Positions 41,499 to 48,965 of a stretch of 64,000 bases of DNA are shown one piece after another. How positions within the stretch are numbered: position 1 is the first letter of the stretch; the number at the start of each line of letters is the position of its first letter. The DNA is taken from positions 72,983 to 136,982 of the forward strand of contig JACPMK010000002.1 in the NCBI GenBank assembly GCA_016186115.1. Reading direction: 5' to 3'. Below the pieces are notes generated by a model. The model saw nothing but the letters and a program-made list of their open reading frames with translations. It did no database searches and was not told the origin of the DNA. The translations under genes and the position numbers were made by a program. The DNA comes from Candidatus Wildermuthbacteria bacterium (lineage in GTDB: Bacteria; Patescibacteriota; Minisyncoccia; Minisyncoccales; UBA10102).

Positions 41499-41915
41499 TT
41501 ATTTGAGTTCTACTTTTGCTCCTGCTGCTTCAAGTTTCTTCTGGATGTCTTCTGCCTCTGCTTTGTTTGCTCCTTCTTTTACTACTTGAGGAGTAGTGGC
41601 AGCTGCATCAACAAGATCCTTCGCTTCTTTCAATCCTTTTCCTGTTACGTCCCGCACCACCTTGATGACTTCAATTTTCTTGTCCCCTATTGCAGCTAAC
41701 TGGACATTAAAGATGCTTTTCTCTTCTTCCGCTGGAGCAGCACCTGCTGCTGGAGCAGCACCTGCTGCAACCACGGGAGCCGAAGCTGATACTCCGAATT
41801 TCTTCTCTAGAATTTTTACCAATTCGGCAAGCTCAACTATAGTCAATTTCTCAATACTTTCGACTAATGGTTCAAATTTTTTTGGAACTTCGATTACTTC
41901 TTTTTCGTCTGCCAT
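41499..41915 (-). CDS. rplL: 50S ribosomal protein L7/L12
   Basis: [19 protein letters not shown], an Ala/Pro hinge, and a C-terminal domain ending [13 protein letters not shown]. The start is ambiguous (41915 or 41927). Confidence 0.9.
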   Translation of the reverse strand: MADEKEVIEVPKKFEPLVESIEKLTIVELAELVKILEKKFGVSASAPVVAAGAAPAAGAAPAEEEKSIFNVQLAAIGDKKIEVIKVVRDVTGKGLKEAKDLVDAAATTPQVVKEGANKAEAEDIQKKLEAAGAKVELK

Positions 41916-41955
41916 ACTTTGATTCATTTTTAATTTTGAATTTCTAAGCAATGTT

Positions 41956-42471
41956 CTAAGTTTCTGACCTTTTGGTCAAAACTGTCATCAGACCTTTGAT
42001 ATTTCCCTGCAACACATTCATAAATCCAGATAAGGGAGCTGCAATTGCACCAACCATTCGTGCTCTTAGTATTTCGAAGGAAGGCAATTTTGCCAGCTCT
42101 TGAATTTGTTCAAAACTCAATATGACGCCGTCCATATATCCCCCTCTTACTTGAGGCCTGGTAAATGTCTTGGCAAAAGCATCAATTATCTTGATCGGTG
42201 CGATAGGGTCTCCGAAGGCAAAAATCGCGGCAATTTCTCCCTGCATTTTTGCAAATTCGATTTTGATATCGCGGCCTTGCAAAGCTCGGGTCAAAAGCGT
42301 TTTTTTTGCTACGGTCAATAAGGCATCGTTCTGCTTGAGCTGCTTTTTCAGATTGAGCATATTCTTCACGTTCATTCCCGCGAAGTCGATAAACACAATA
42401 GATTTCTGCTTATCTAGGGCAGAATGAAGTGAGGAAATAACTTCTGATTTTTGAGCTTTTGTTTTGGGCAT
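41956..42471 (-). CDS. rplJ: 50S ribosomal protein L10
   Basis: [36 protein letters not shown] trimmed the start to ATG 42471. Confidence 0.9.
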   Translation of the reverse strand: MPKTKAQKSEVISSLHSALDKQKSIVFIDFAGMNVKNMLNLKKQLKQNDALLTVAKKTLLTRALQGRDIKIEFAKMQGEIAAIFAFGDPIAPIKIIDAFAKTFTRPQVRGGYMDGVILSFEQIQELAKLPSFEILRARMVGAIAAPLSGFMNVLQGNIKGLMTVLTKRSET

Positions 42472-42581
42472 AAAAAAGCTGCGGGTTGCCGCAGACAATA
42501 CAATGAAACTCTATCGACCCTCGGCGAGATTCACATCCCTCGACTATGCTCGGGATAACTCGCTGTCTGCGGATCAATTCT
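42472..42581 (-). promoter_or_regulatory. Structured rplJ leader (L10-leader-like) ending in a hairpin plus U-run abutting the AUG
   Basis: Minus sense reads ...CTGCGGCAACCCGCAG C TTTTTT ATG. The upstream ~90 nt are GC-richer and self-complementary. Confidence 0.4.
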
Positions 42582-42610
42582 ATACTAGTTGAACCGCAAA
42601 AATTTGTCAA
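42582..42610 (-). promoter_or_regulatory. Candidate rplJ-rplL promoter
   Basis: TTGACA-N17-TAGTAT. Confidence 0.5.
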
Positions 42611-42621
42611 CCCCTCCTCCC

Positions 42622-43653
42622 CTACTTCAAATACTTTGCCTTGGCGATGTTGTGTTGTTCTAGCGTTCGACTGAAAATTGTTATTCCGTCGCTTGTGGAA
42701 AGGTAATACCAGTAGGGAGTTTCTTTGGGGTAGAGCGCAGCTTGGATGCTGTCGAGCCCGGGATTTGCTATGGGACCAGCAGGAAGTCCTAGGTATGTAT
42801 AGGTGTTATAGGGTGAGTCGATCTGCGTCTCCTCTAGAGAAATTTTTGTGGAGCGTTTCCCTGTGATATAAGAAATTGTGGCATCGATCTGAAGAGGAAT
42901 GTCATTGGCAAGGCGTTTCCATATAATGCCGGCAACAATTTCTTTGTCTTCTTTTATCTGCACTTCTTTTTCTATGAGAGAAGCAACGGTTACGATTTCA
43001 AAAATTGACTTGTTCTGTTTTTGAACTTGAGCCCGCATTTCCTGATTGAATTTTATCTCGAAATTACCAAGCATCCGTTGCGCAATATTTTCAATCCCCT
43101 CCGAGCGGTAGATTTCGTAGGTGTCAGGGAAAAGGTATCCTTCAAGAGACGCGGAAGCTGGTTTGTCGCGCAGCAGTTCAAAATCAAGGGTAAAATGAGC
43201 TGCCGGATACCTCAATATCTGGAAAACTTGATCGGTAGAAATATGCTGTTTTTCTGCGAGATATTCCGCAATATCCCGAAGATTCCATCCTTCTCGGATA
43301 GTGATTCTTTGGGTTGTCTCTTTGGCGGAAGTAATGATTTCGACGATGCGCGGTATGGGAAGCGAAGGGCTTAACTCATACGATCCTCTCTGAATGCTCC
43401 ATGCATCCCGAGAGGAAATTGTATAAAGATAAAAAGCCCACTCGGAACGAATAAGCCCTGCGTCTTTTAGATTTCTGGCAATGGTTTTGATGCTTTGTCC
43501 TTTTTCGATCTGAAAAAGAATTACCCGCGAGGAATTGGCATGTGCTGGAGTTGTGATGGCGAGCCATAAGAAAGGAAGGAAGAGAACTGCTATCGCAATG
43601 CAAAGTAACAAAAAAAGGAGTAGCCGTTTCCCTATCATGTGAAAAGATACCAT
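42622..43653 (-). CDS. mltG: Endolytic murein transglycosylase MltG (YceG-like)
   Basis: An N-terminal TM is followed by PYNTYTYLGLPAGPIANPG. Confidence 0.85.
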   Translation of the reverse strand: MVSFHMIGKRLLLFLLLCIAIAVLFLPFLWLAITTPAHANSSRVILFQIEKGQSIKTIARNLKDAGLIRSEWAFYLYTISSRDAWSIQRGSYELSPSLPIPRIVEIITSAKETTQRITIREGWNLRDIAEYLAEKQHISTDQVFQILRYPAAHFTLDFELLRDKPASASLEGYLFPDTYEIYRSEGIENIAQRMLGNFEIKFNQEMRAQVQKQNKSIFEIVTVASLIEKEVQIKEDKEIVAGIIWKRLANDIPLQIDATISYITGKRSTKISLEETQIDSPYNTYTYLGLPAGPIANPGLDSIQAALYPKETPYWYYLSTSDGITIFSRTLEQHNIAKAKYLK

Positions 43654-43677
43654 ACTATTTTATTCTGGTAATGAAAT

Positions 43678-44304
43678 TTATTTCTTTTGGATAAAGGGAA
43701 CAAAAACAAATCCGGGGTATTCTTGACGAGAAAATTCTTTTTCCCGAACTTTTTGAAAGCGCCAGATGGAATCGCCAATAGGGCTCACAAGCGTTCCTCC
43801 GTTCCGCAATTGCCGTTGAAGGGGTAGCGGGATTGTATCAGAAGGAAGAGCTGCCGAAATGAGAATGCGATCAAATGGTGATTCCTGCGATTCTCCTTCT
43901 GCGCCGTTTTTGCATAAAAAATTGGCAATTCCCTTCTCAAGAAAATTATACTTTGCAATGTTTTTTTTGCCAAATTCTGCGAGCTCCGGGATAATTTCTA
44001 TTGCCACGATTCTTCCTTTTGGCCCCACGATCTGGCTCAGCAAAGCCGTTGTCCAGCCGGAGCCAGCTCCAATGTCTAAAACCTTCTCTCCTTCTTTGGG
44101 TTGTAAAAGTTCAAGCATAAAAGCAACAACTGCTGGTTGAGAGATTGTTTGCCCCCAGCCGATCGGAAGAGCAATATCGAGATACGCAAAGTTTTTTACA
44201 TCGTCGGGAACAAAATCCTCGCGGTTTATTGCCCGGAAAGCCCGGATGATCGCTGGGGATTTCAACCAGCCGCCTTCTTGGAGATTCTTGACGAGTTCTT
44301 CCAT
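43678..44304 (-). CDS. pcm: Protein-L-isoaspartate O-methyltransferase
   Basis: QTISQPAVVAFMLELL and VLDIGAGSGWTTALL are present. Confidence 0.9.
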   Translation of the reverse strand: MEELVKNLQEGGWLKSPAIIRAFRAINREDFVPDDVKNFAYLDIALPIGWGQTISQPAVVAFMLELLQPKEGEKVLDIGAGSGWTTALLSQIVGPKGRIVAIEIIPELAEFGKKNIAKYNFLEKGIANFLCKNGAEGESQESPFDRILISAALPSDTIPLPLQRQLRNGGTLVSPIGDSIWRFQKVREKEFSRQEYPGFVFVPFIQKK

Positions 44305-44792
44305 GCGCGTTCGAATTCTTTTAAATGCTTTCTTATTTTAAATCGCTGAAGGGGATTGATGCGATTGATAATAAGATTGCCGTTGAGATGATCAATTTCA
44401 TGCTGAAAAATTCGGGCCACTAATCCTTCGGCTTTGAGGTGTACCTCTTCTCCTTTTGGGGTGTCGCAGACAACCTTAACGTAATCTGATCGTTTCACTG
44501 GCACAAAAATTCCGGGTAAGCTCAAACACCCCTCTTCTTCGGCAGATTGTTTCTTTCCCTTGGAGATGATGCGCGGATTGAGAAATGCATGAGAGCCATT
44601 TGCATCCTGTACAATAATGATGCGTTGAGAGATATTAATTTGGGGAGCCGCAAGTCCTATGCCGTTATGTTCTTTCATTGCCTCAATCATTTCTCCGATA
44701 AGAGCCTTGAGTTCCGGAGTGAGTTGTTCAACCTCTTTTGCCCGTTCTTTTAAGATTGGGGTTGGATAGGTTATAATCGAAAGCCTACTCAT
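44262..44792 (-). CDS. def: Peptide deformylase
   Basis: GIGLAAPQI, EGCLSLPG and HEIDHLNG are present. Confidence 0.92.
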   Translation of the reverse strand: MSRLSIITYPTPILKERAKEVEQLTPELKALIGEMIEAMKEHNGIGLAAPQINISQRIIIVQDANGSHAFLNPRIISKGKKQSAEEEGCLSLPGIFVPVKRSDYVKVVCDTPKGEEVHLKAEGLVARIFQHEIDHLNGNLIINRINPLQRFKIRKHLKEFERAWKNSSRISKKAAG

Positions 44793-44793
44793 G

Positions 44794-44864
44794 CAGGGGC
44801 TGAGGGAATCGGACCCCCGTCAGCGGTTTTGGAGACCGCTGTTTTACCACTAAACTAAGCCCCT
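44794..44864 (-). tRNA. tRNA-Trp (CCA)
   Basis: Hand fold: acceptor AGGGGCT/AGCCCCT, anticodon arm GCGGT-CTCCAAA-ACCGC, T arm GGGGG-TCCGATT-CCCTC. No CCA is encoded. Confidence 0.9.
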
Positions 44865-44882
44865 TCGTCCGCCATGGGCGGA

Positions 44883-45053
44883 TTAGTTTTTAGATTCTTT
44901 GTGAGCAGTGTGCTTTCTGCACTTCGGGCAAAATTTGCTCAATTTTAATTTTTTTTCTGCTGTTCCTTTTGATTTCGACGTATAATAATTGAGCATACCG
45001 CATGTTTCGCAGCGAAGTTTGAAAAAAATGTTTTTCTTTGTCTTTGCCGGCAT
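44883..45053 (-). CDS. rpmG: 50S ribosomal protein L33 (Cys4 zinc type)
   Basis: Own translation: MPAKTKKNIFFKLRCETCGMLNYYTSKSKGTAEKKLKLSKFCPKCRKHTAHKESKN. At 56 aa it is missed by the ORF track. Confidence 0.85.
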   Translation of the reverse strand: MPAKTKKNIFFKLRCETCGMLNYYTSKSKGTAEKKLKLSKFCPKCRKHTAHKESKN

Positions 45054-45078
45054 ATTATGTATGTATTACTTTTTATTG

Positions 45079-45150
45079 AGCCAGAGGGGGGAATCGAACT
45101 CCCGACTTTCTCCTTACCATGGAGACGTTCTGCCACTGAACTACTCTGGC
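45079..45150 (-). tRNA. tRNA-Thr (GGU)
   Basis: Hand fold: acceptor GCCAGAG/CTCTGGC, anticodon arm TCTCC-ATGGTAA-GGAGA, T arm GGGAG-TTCGATT-CCCCC with one A-C mismatch. Confidence 0.88.
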
Positions 45151-45188
45151 GTTTCGTCACTTTGTTCCTCGTAAACTTTGTCGAAAAG

Positions 45189-45271
45189 TGCGTGGAGAGG
45201 GATTCGAACCCCCGTAGCCCGAAGGCGCTTGGTTTACAGCCAAGTGCAATTGACCGCTCTGCCATCCACGC
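45189..45271 (-). tRNA. tRNA-Tyr (GUA), long variable arm
   Basis: Hand fold: acceptor GCGTGGA/TCCACGC, anticodon arm CTTGG-CTGTAAA-CCAAG, a 14-nt variable arm, T arm GGGGG-TTCGAAT-CCCTC. Confidence 0.9.
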
Positions 45272-45280
45272 ATCTCCTCA

Positions 45281-45309
45281 TATATACCATAAATTTCTCT
45301 TTTTGCCAA
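45281..45309 (-). promoter_or_regulatory. Candidate promoter of the tRNA-Tyr/Thr-rpmG-tRNA-Trp-def unit
   Basis: TTGGCA-N17-TATATA, ending 9 nt before the tRNA-Tyr 5' end. Confidence 0.6.
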
Positions 45310-45334
45310 CGGCTAAAATGAAGTCAGATTTCAC

Positions 45335-46048
45335 TCATTTTGAGATGATCTTTCCGTGTTTGTTGTGCCACTCCCCAATTTTTTTATGATCACCAGAGAG
45401 TAAAGCTTTAGGCGCTTTCCATTGAATTCCGGGAGCTGGCTCAAAAACCTCTGGGCGAGTGTATTGAGGATGCTCCAAGAACCCTTCGACAAGCTCAGGG
45501 CAAGCTTCCCCTTTTTTAGATATGAGATGTTGCGCCAAAAACTCGGGTTTTCCAATAACTCCTGGGATAAGCCGCGTAACGGTTTCAATTATAATCATGG
45601 CTGGCAGTTCCCCTCCCATAAGAACATAATCCCCTATTGAAATTTTTTCATCTGCAATGTACCTTGCCACTCGTTCATCAATTCCTTCGTATCTGCCACA
45701 GATCATAATGATCTGATCAAGCTTGGAGAATTCGTATGCCTTCTTTTGGGTAAATTTCTTCCCTCTTGGCGTGAACAGGATAATTTTTGAATTTGTTTCG
45801 GATTTCGGACTTCGTGCTTCGGATTTTAACTCCTGTACCGCCTTGTATATAGGTTCTATTTTCATTACCATTCCCAGTCCCCCGCCAAAGGGTTTTTCGT
45901 CAACGGTTTTATGCTTGTCATCGGCCCAATCCCGCAGATTATGGACGCGTATATCAAAAATTCCTTTCTTCTTTGCTCTTTTGATCAATGATTCATTGCA
46001 AAAAGGTTCAAACAATTCTGGGAAAATTGTAATCACATCAAATATCAT
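45335..46048 (-). CDS. trmD: tRNA (guanine37-N1)-methyltransferase
   Basis: MIFDVITIFPELFEPF, CGRYEGIDERV and DYVLMGGELPAM are present. Confidence 0.95.
   Translation of the reverse strand: MIFDVITIFPELFEPFCNESLIKRAKKKGIFDIRVHNLRDWADDKHKTVDEKPFGGGLGMVMKIEPIYKAVQELKSEARSPKSETNSKIILFTPRGKKFTQKKAYEFSKLDQIIMICGRYEGIDERVARYIADEKISIGDYVLMGGELPAMIIIETVTRLIPGVIGKPEFLAQHLISKKGEACPELVEGFLEHPQYTRPEVFEPAPGIQWKAPKALLSGDHKKIGEWHNKHGKIISK
45785..45827 (-). repeat. Degenerate heptanucleotide array inside trmD (family copy 2)
   Basis: Minus sense reads aaaatccgaag cacgaag tccgaaa tccgaaa caaattcaaaa. It encodes KSEARSPKSETNSK. Confidence 0.8.
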
Positions 46049-46063
46049 AGCTCGTTATGCCAT

Positions 46064-46105
46064 ACGAAAACGGTGCTATGTTTATCAGCATAGCACCGTT
46101 TTCGT
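46064..46105 (-). other. Perfect 17-bp hairpin in the KH-gene/trmD spacer
   Basis: ACGAAAACGGTGCTATG-N8-CATAGCACCGTTTTCGT. No canonical trailing U-run follows on the minus sense. Confidence 0.6.
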
Positions 46106-46131
46106 AAAAAACAATGAAGAGCTCAAGGGTT

Positions 46132-46437
46132 TTATAGCTTGAGTTCGTCCAAAGAGGAGGCTCTTGCAGGTGCTCTTTGCCCTCCCTCTGGTTCCTCAAT
46201 TTTGAGGTTCACCCGAGCATGGCTTTTGAGACCAATAATTCTTACAAGTGTTCGGATTGCTTTCGCAGTTGAACCTTGTCGGCCAACCACTTGACCCATG
46301 TCGGTTTGGTGAACCTTCAGGGTAAGCAATACGCCCATTTCGTCAACTTTTCGGTCCACCGTCACGGCTTCCGGATTGTCGACGATAGCTTTGACCACGT
46401 ATTCCAGAAGTTCCTGATATTTTGGTGTTTCCTCCAT
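46132..46437 (-). CDS. KH-domain RNA-binding protein (YlqC/UPF0109-like)
   Basis: GQVVGRQGSTAKAIRTLVRI is present, and the gene lies between rpsP and trmD. Confidence 0.8.
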   Translation of the reverse strand: MEETPKYQELLEYVVKAIVDNPEAVTVDRKVDEMGVLLTLKVHQTDMGQVVGRQGSTAKAIRTLVRIIGLKSHARVNLKIEEPEGGQRAPARASSLDELKL

Positions 46438-46514
46438 ACAAATTCAGCTTACTCGCAATAAAGACCGACCTTTCCTTTTCCTACCTCCGATTTTAGAAAA
46501 TTCTTTTGAAAAAG

Positions 46515-46790
46515 TCAAGTAACTTTCTTCTGATGAATAGGAAGTTTTTTTCCTTCGATTACTTTATGGCGGATCAGAAAATTATGAGCGGATGGAGAGG
46601 GTTTCGCCCCAACTGACAGCCAGTGCTTTACTCTTTCCGGTTTCACAACCTTCTCTTTTGTGACGGGATTATAAAATCCGACTTCTTCCAAGAATCGTCC
46701 CCCTCGCGTTGGATTTGTCTTCTCTGTTACTACCAATTTGAATGATGGCTGATTGCGTTTTCCCGTACGGAAAAATCTGATTACGAGCAT
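46515..46790 (-). CDS. rpsP: 30S ribosomal protein S16
   Basis: MLVIRFFRTGKRNQPSFKLVVTEKTNPTRGGRFLEEVGFYNP. Confidence 0.95.
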   Translation of the reverse strand: MLVIRFFRTGKRNQPSFKLVVTEKTNPTRGGRFLEEVGFYNPVTKEKVVKPERVKHWLSVGAKPSPSAHNFLIRHKVIEGKKLPIHQKKVT

Positions 46791-46796
46791 AGATTT

Positions 46797-47525
46797 TTAT
46801 GAATGATTTATGTATTCGTTCCAATGTTTATTTTGCAGGGCTTGCCGCGCCGCCGACTCTTCTGCCTCTTGTTTTGAGGAACCCTCCCCTTCTCCGGCAA
46901 GCTCCTGATCAAAGTAGACGCCAATTCTAAAATGTTTTGCATGATCCGGACCCCATTCTTTCAGCACCGCGTACGTGGGAGTTACCCCTACCTTTTCCTG
47001 CGCGACTTCCTGTAGCTTGGATTTCGCATCTTCAAAAAGCCGCGATTCCAAAACTTGGGGTAATTTGGTCAATACAATCTTTTCTATTAATTTCTGGCAT
47101 ACTTTGTACCCTTGGTCAAGATAGAGGGAGCCGATAAAGGACTCAAAGGTATTGGCAAGAATGTATTCTCTTGCCTTGCCGGTTTCTTTCGCTTCTCCCC
47201 TTGAGAGGAGCAGAAATTCTCCAAAATCGAGCTCTCTGGCAATTTGTGAAAGCATTTTTGCATTTACCATCGCCGCTCTCCAGCTCGTAAGCTTTCCTTC
47301 TGAATAATTCGGATATTTTTTGTACAGGTATTCGGTTACCACAAGTTCGAGCACTGCATCACCCAAAAATTCAAGCCGTTCATTGTGCTGCAGTTTGAAC
47401 TCTTTATTCTCGTTGAGATACGAGCGATGAACAAATGCCTGCGTCAAGAGTTCTTTATTCTTGAAGGCGATCCGCAATTTTTTTTCCAATAAAGAAAAAT
47501 CTTTCACAGGTGCAAGGTCATCCAT
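46797..47525 (-). CDS. rnc: Ribonuclease III
   Basis: NERLEFLGDAVLELVV plus a C-terminal dsRBD. Confidence 0.92.
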   Translation of the reverse strand: MDDLAPVKDFSLLEKKLRIAFKNKELLTQAFVHRSYLNENKEFKLQHNERLEFLGDAVLELVVTEYLYKKYPNYSEGKLTSWRAAMVNAKMLSQIARELDFGEFLLLSRGEAKETGKAREYILANTFESFIGSLYLDQGYKVCQKLIEKIVLTKLPQVLESRLFEDAKSKLQEVAQEKVGVTPTYAVLKEWGPDHAKHFRIGVYFDQELAGEGEGSSKQEAEESAARQALQNKHWNEYINHS

Positions 47526-47526
47526 T

Positions 47527-47982
47527 TCATTTTTGAGAATTTTGTTCTTGAGCGCTGCTTTCGAGCTCGCGATAGACAGTTCCCAATACCCCGTTCACGA
47601 ATCGCCCCGATGATTCCCCGCTGAAATTCTTGGCAAGTTCGATTGCTTCATTGATGGCAACTTTCGGCGGCACCTCTTCTTTATTGCTGTAGAGCAATTC
47701 ATACAATCCCAAGCGCAGCACATTGCGATCCACCAAAGTAATCTGTTCAAGGGGCCATTCGGGAGCTGCCTTGTCGATAATTGTATTCAGCTGCGGTAAA
47801 TGTTCGATAACTCCTACTACCAGCCGCCGTACAAAATCTTTATTGGTATCTGCCAGACCGGGGCCAAATTCTTGAATATTCCGTTCCACAATGGGATTCA
47901 GATCCCTTTCTTTTGCCCCAGCAAAGTCCCACTCATAAAGAGATTGCATTGCAATGGATCGGGCAAGATGTCGGCTGGCCAT
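47527..47982 (-). CDS. nusB: Transcription antitermination factor NusB
   Basis: [21 protein letters not shown] set the start at ATG 47982, 1 nt after the rpmF stop. Confidence 0.85.
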   Translation of the reverse strand: MASRHLARSIAMQSLYEWDFAGAKERDLNPIVERNIQEFGPGLADTNKDFVRRLVVGVIEHLPQLNTIIDKAAPEWPLEQITLVDRNVLRLGLYELLYSNKEEVPPKVAINEAIELAKNFSGESSGRFVNGVLGTVYRELESSAQEQNSQK

Positions 47983-47983
47983 T

Positions 47984-48223
47984 TTATTTTTCTTCTTTTT
48001 TCGCGATTTCTTTTTCTTTTTGCTTCCGCTCTTTTTTCGAAATTCCCTTGAGCACATCGATCACTTCCCTTCCTCTATAGTATCCGCAATTTGTGCATAC
48101 CATGTGGGGAAGCATGGACCGGCTGCAGTGAGGGCATTTCACAAATGTTGGGCGATGCAAATAAAGGTGCATTCGTCTTTGCCCTTGTCTTGATTTCGAT
48201 CTTCGTTGTTTTGGTACCGCCAT
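47984..48223 (-). CDS. rpmF: 50S ribosomal protein L32 with a Lys/Glu-rich C-terminal tail
   Basis: [23 protein letters not shown]...CTNCG. Confidence 0.9.
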   Translation of the reverse strand: MAVPKQRRSKSRQGQRRMHLYLHRPTFVKCPHCSRSMLPHMVCTNCGYYRGREVIDVLKGISKKERKQKEKEIAKKEEK

Positions 48224-48244
48224 AAGAGATATGGTAAGTATAGC

Positions 48245-48904
48245 TCATATTCGACACACTTGCAAGTCCCTAATTGGACGGAAGGTTTTGCGGTGGATGG
48301 CGCAAGGACCGTATTGTTTGAGCATTTCGAGGTGCATGGCGGTGCCATATCCCTTATGGCGATCGAACCCATATTGCGGGTATCTCTGGTGATACTGAAG
48401 CATGAGGCGGTCTCTTGTTACCTTGGCAATGATTGAAGCTGCAGCGCAAGAAAATACCTTTTCGTCTCCCTTTACGATCGGTTTTTGTGGAATGTCGCGA
48501 AAAGATATTTTCATGTTTCCATCGATCATTAAAAAATCTGGGGTTCGGAGATTTTTTTCCAGATCGCGTACCGCTTTTTCCATAGCCAGTTTGGTGGCTT
48601 GGAAAATATTGATTTGATCAATTATTTTTTCTGAAACTATGCCAACCCCCCATGCGATATGAGGATGGACAGTGAGCAAGCTATACCATTGAAGCCGTAT
48701 TTTTGGAGTGAGTAATTTGGAATCGCGGATTTTCCCTTGAAGATTCTTAAAATCCGAAGCACGAAATCCGAAATTCGAAACTGCTACTGCCGCAGCGGTT
48801 ACGGGACCGGCAAGCGGTCCTCTTCCTGCCTCATCAAGCCCAACAACAACTTGATACCCAATTTTCCACAGCTGCTTTTCTTCGGCAAAATTTGGCGTTT
48901 GCAT
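48245..48904 (-). CDS. rnhB: Ribonuclease HII
   Basis: GLDEAGRGPLAGPV and DSKLLT are present. I prefer the start at ATG 48904; the ORF-track start 48958 would overlap dnaE. Confidence 0.85.
   Translation of the reverse strand: MQTPNFAEEKQLWKIGYQVVVGLDEAGRGPLAGPVTAAAVAVSNFGFRASDFKNLQGKIRDSKLLTPKIRLQWYSLLTVHPHIAWGVGIVSEKIIDQINIFQATKLAMEKAVRDLEKNLRTPDFLMIDGNMKISFRDIPQKPIVKGDEKVFSCAAASIIAKVTRDRLMLQYHQRYPQYGFDRHKGYGTAMHLEMLKQYGPCAIHRKTFRPIRDLQVCRI
48747..48780 (+). repeat. Degenerate heptanucleotide array inside rnhB, antisense to the gene (family copy 3)
   Basis: ttaaaa tccgaag cacgaaa tccgaaa ttcgaaa. It is read antisense as SNFGFRASDFK. The 19-mer ttaaaatccgaagcacgaa is identical to copy 2. 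Confidence 0.8.
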
Positions 48905-48965
48905 ATCTTTATTGTACCAATCATATAACCTTTTCTGAAGGAAAGAAATTGTGTACAATAATGGA

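Noticed and set aside
44945-45265. ORF-track 106-aa ORF on the minus strand.
   Set aside because: It runs straight through tRNA-Thr and tRNA-Tyr and, in another frame, through the real rpmG. It is an artefact.
45324-45337. The 14-mer TCAGATTTCACTCA is shared by the trmD stop region and the rplK stop region (62697-62710).
   Set aside because: The stop codons sit in different registers of the 14-mer. About 30 chance 14-mer matches are expected in a 64-kb window counted on both strands. Treated as coincidence.
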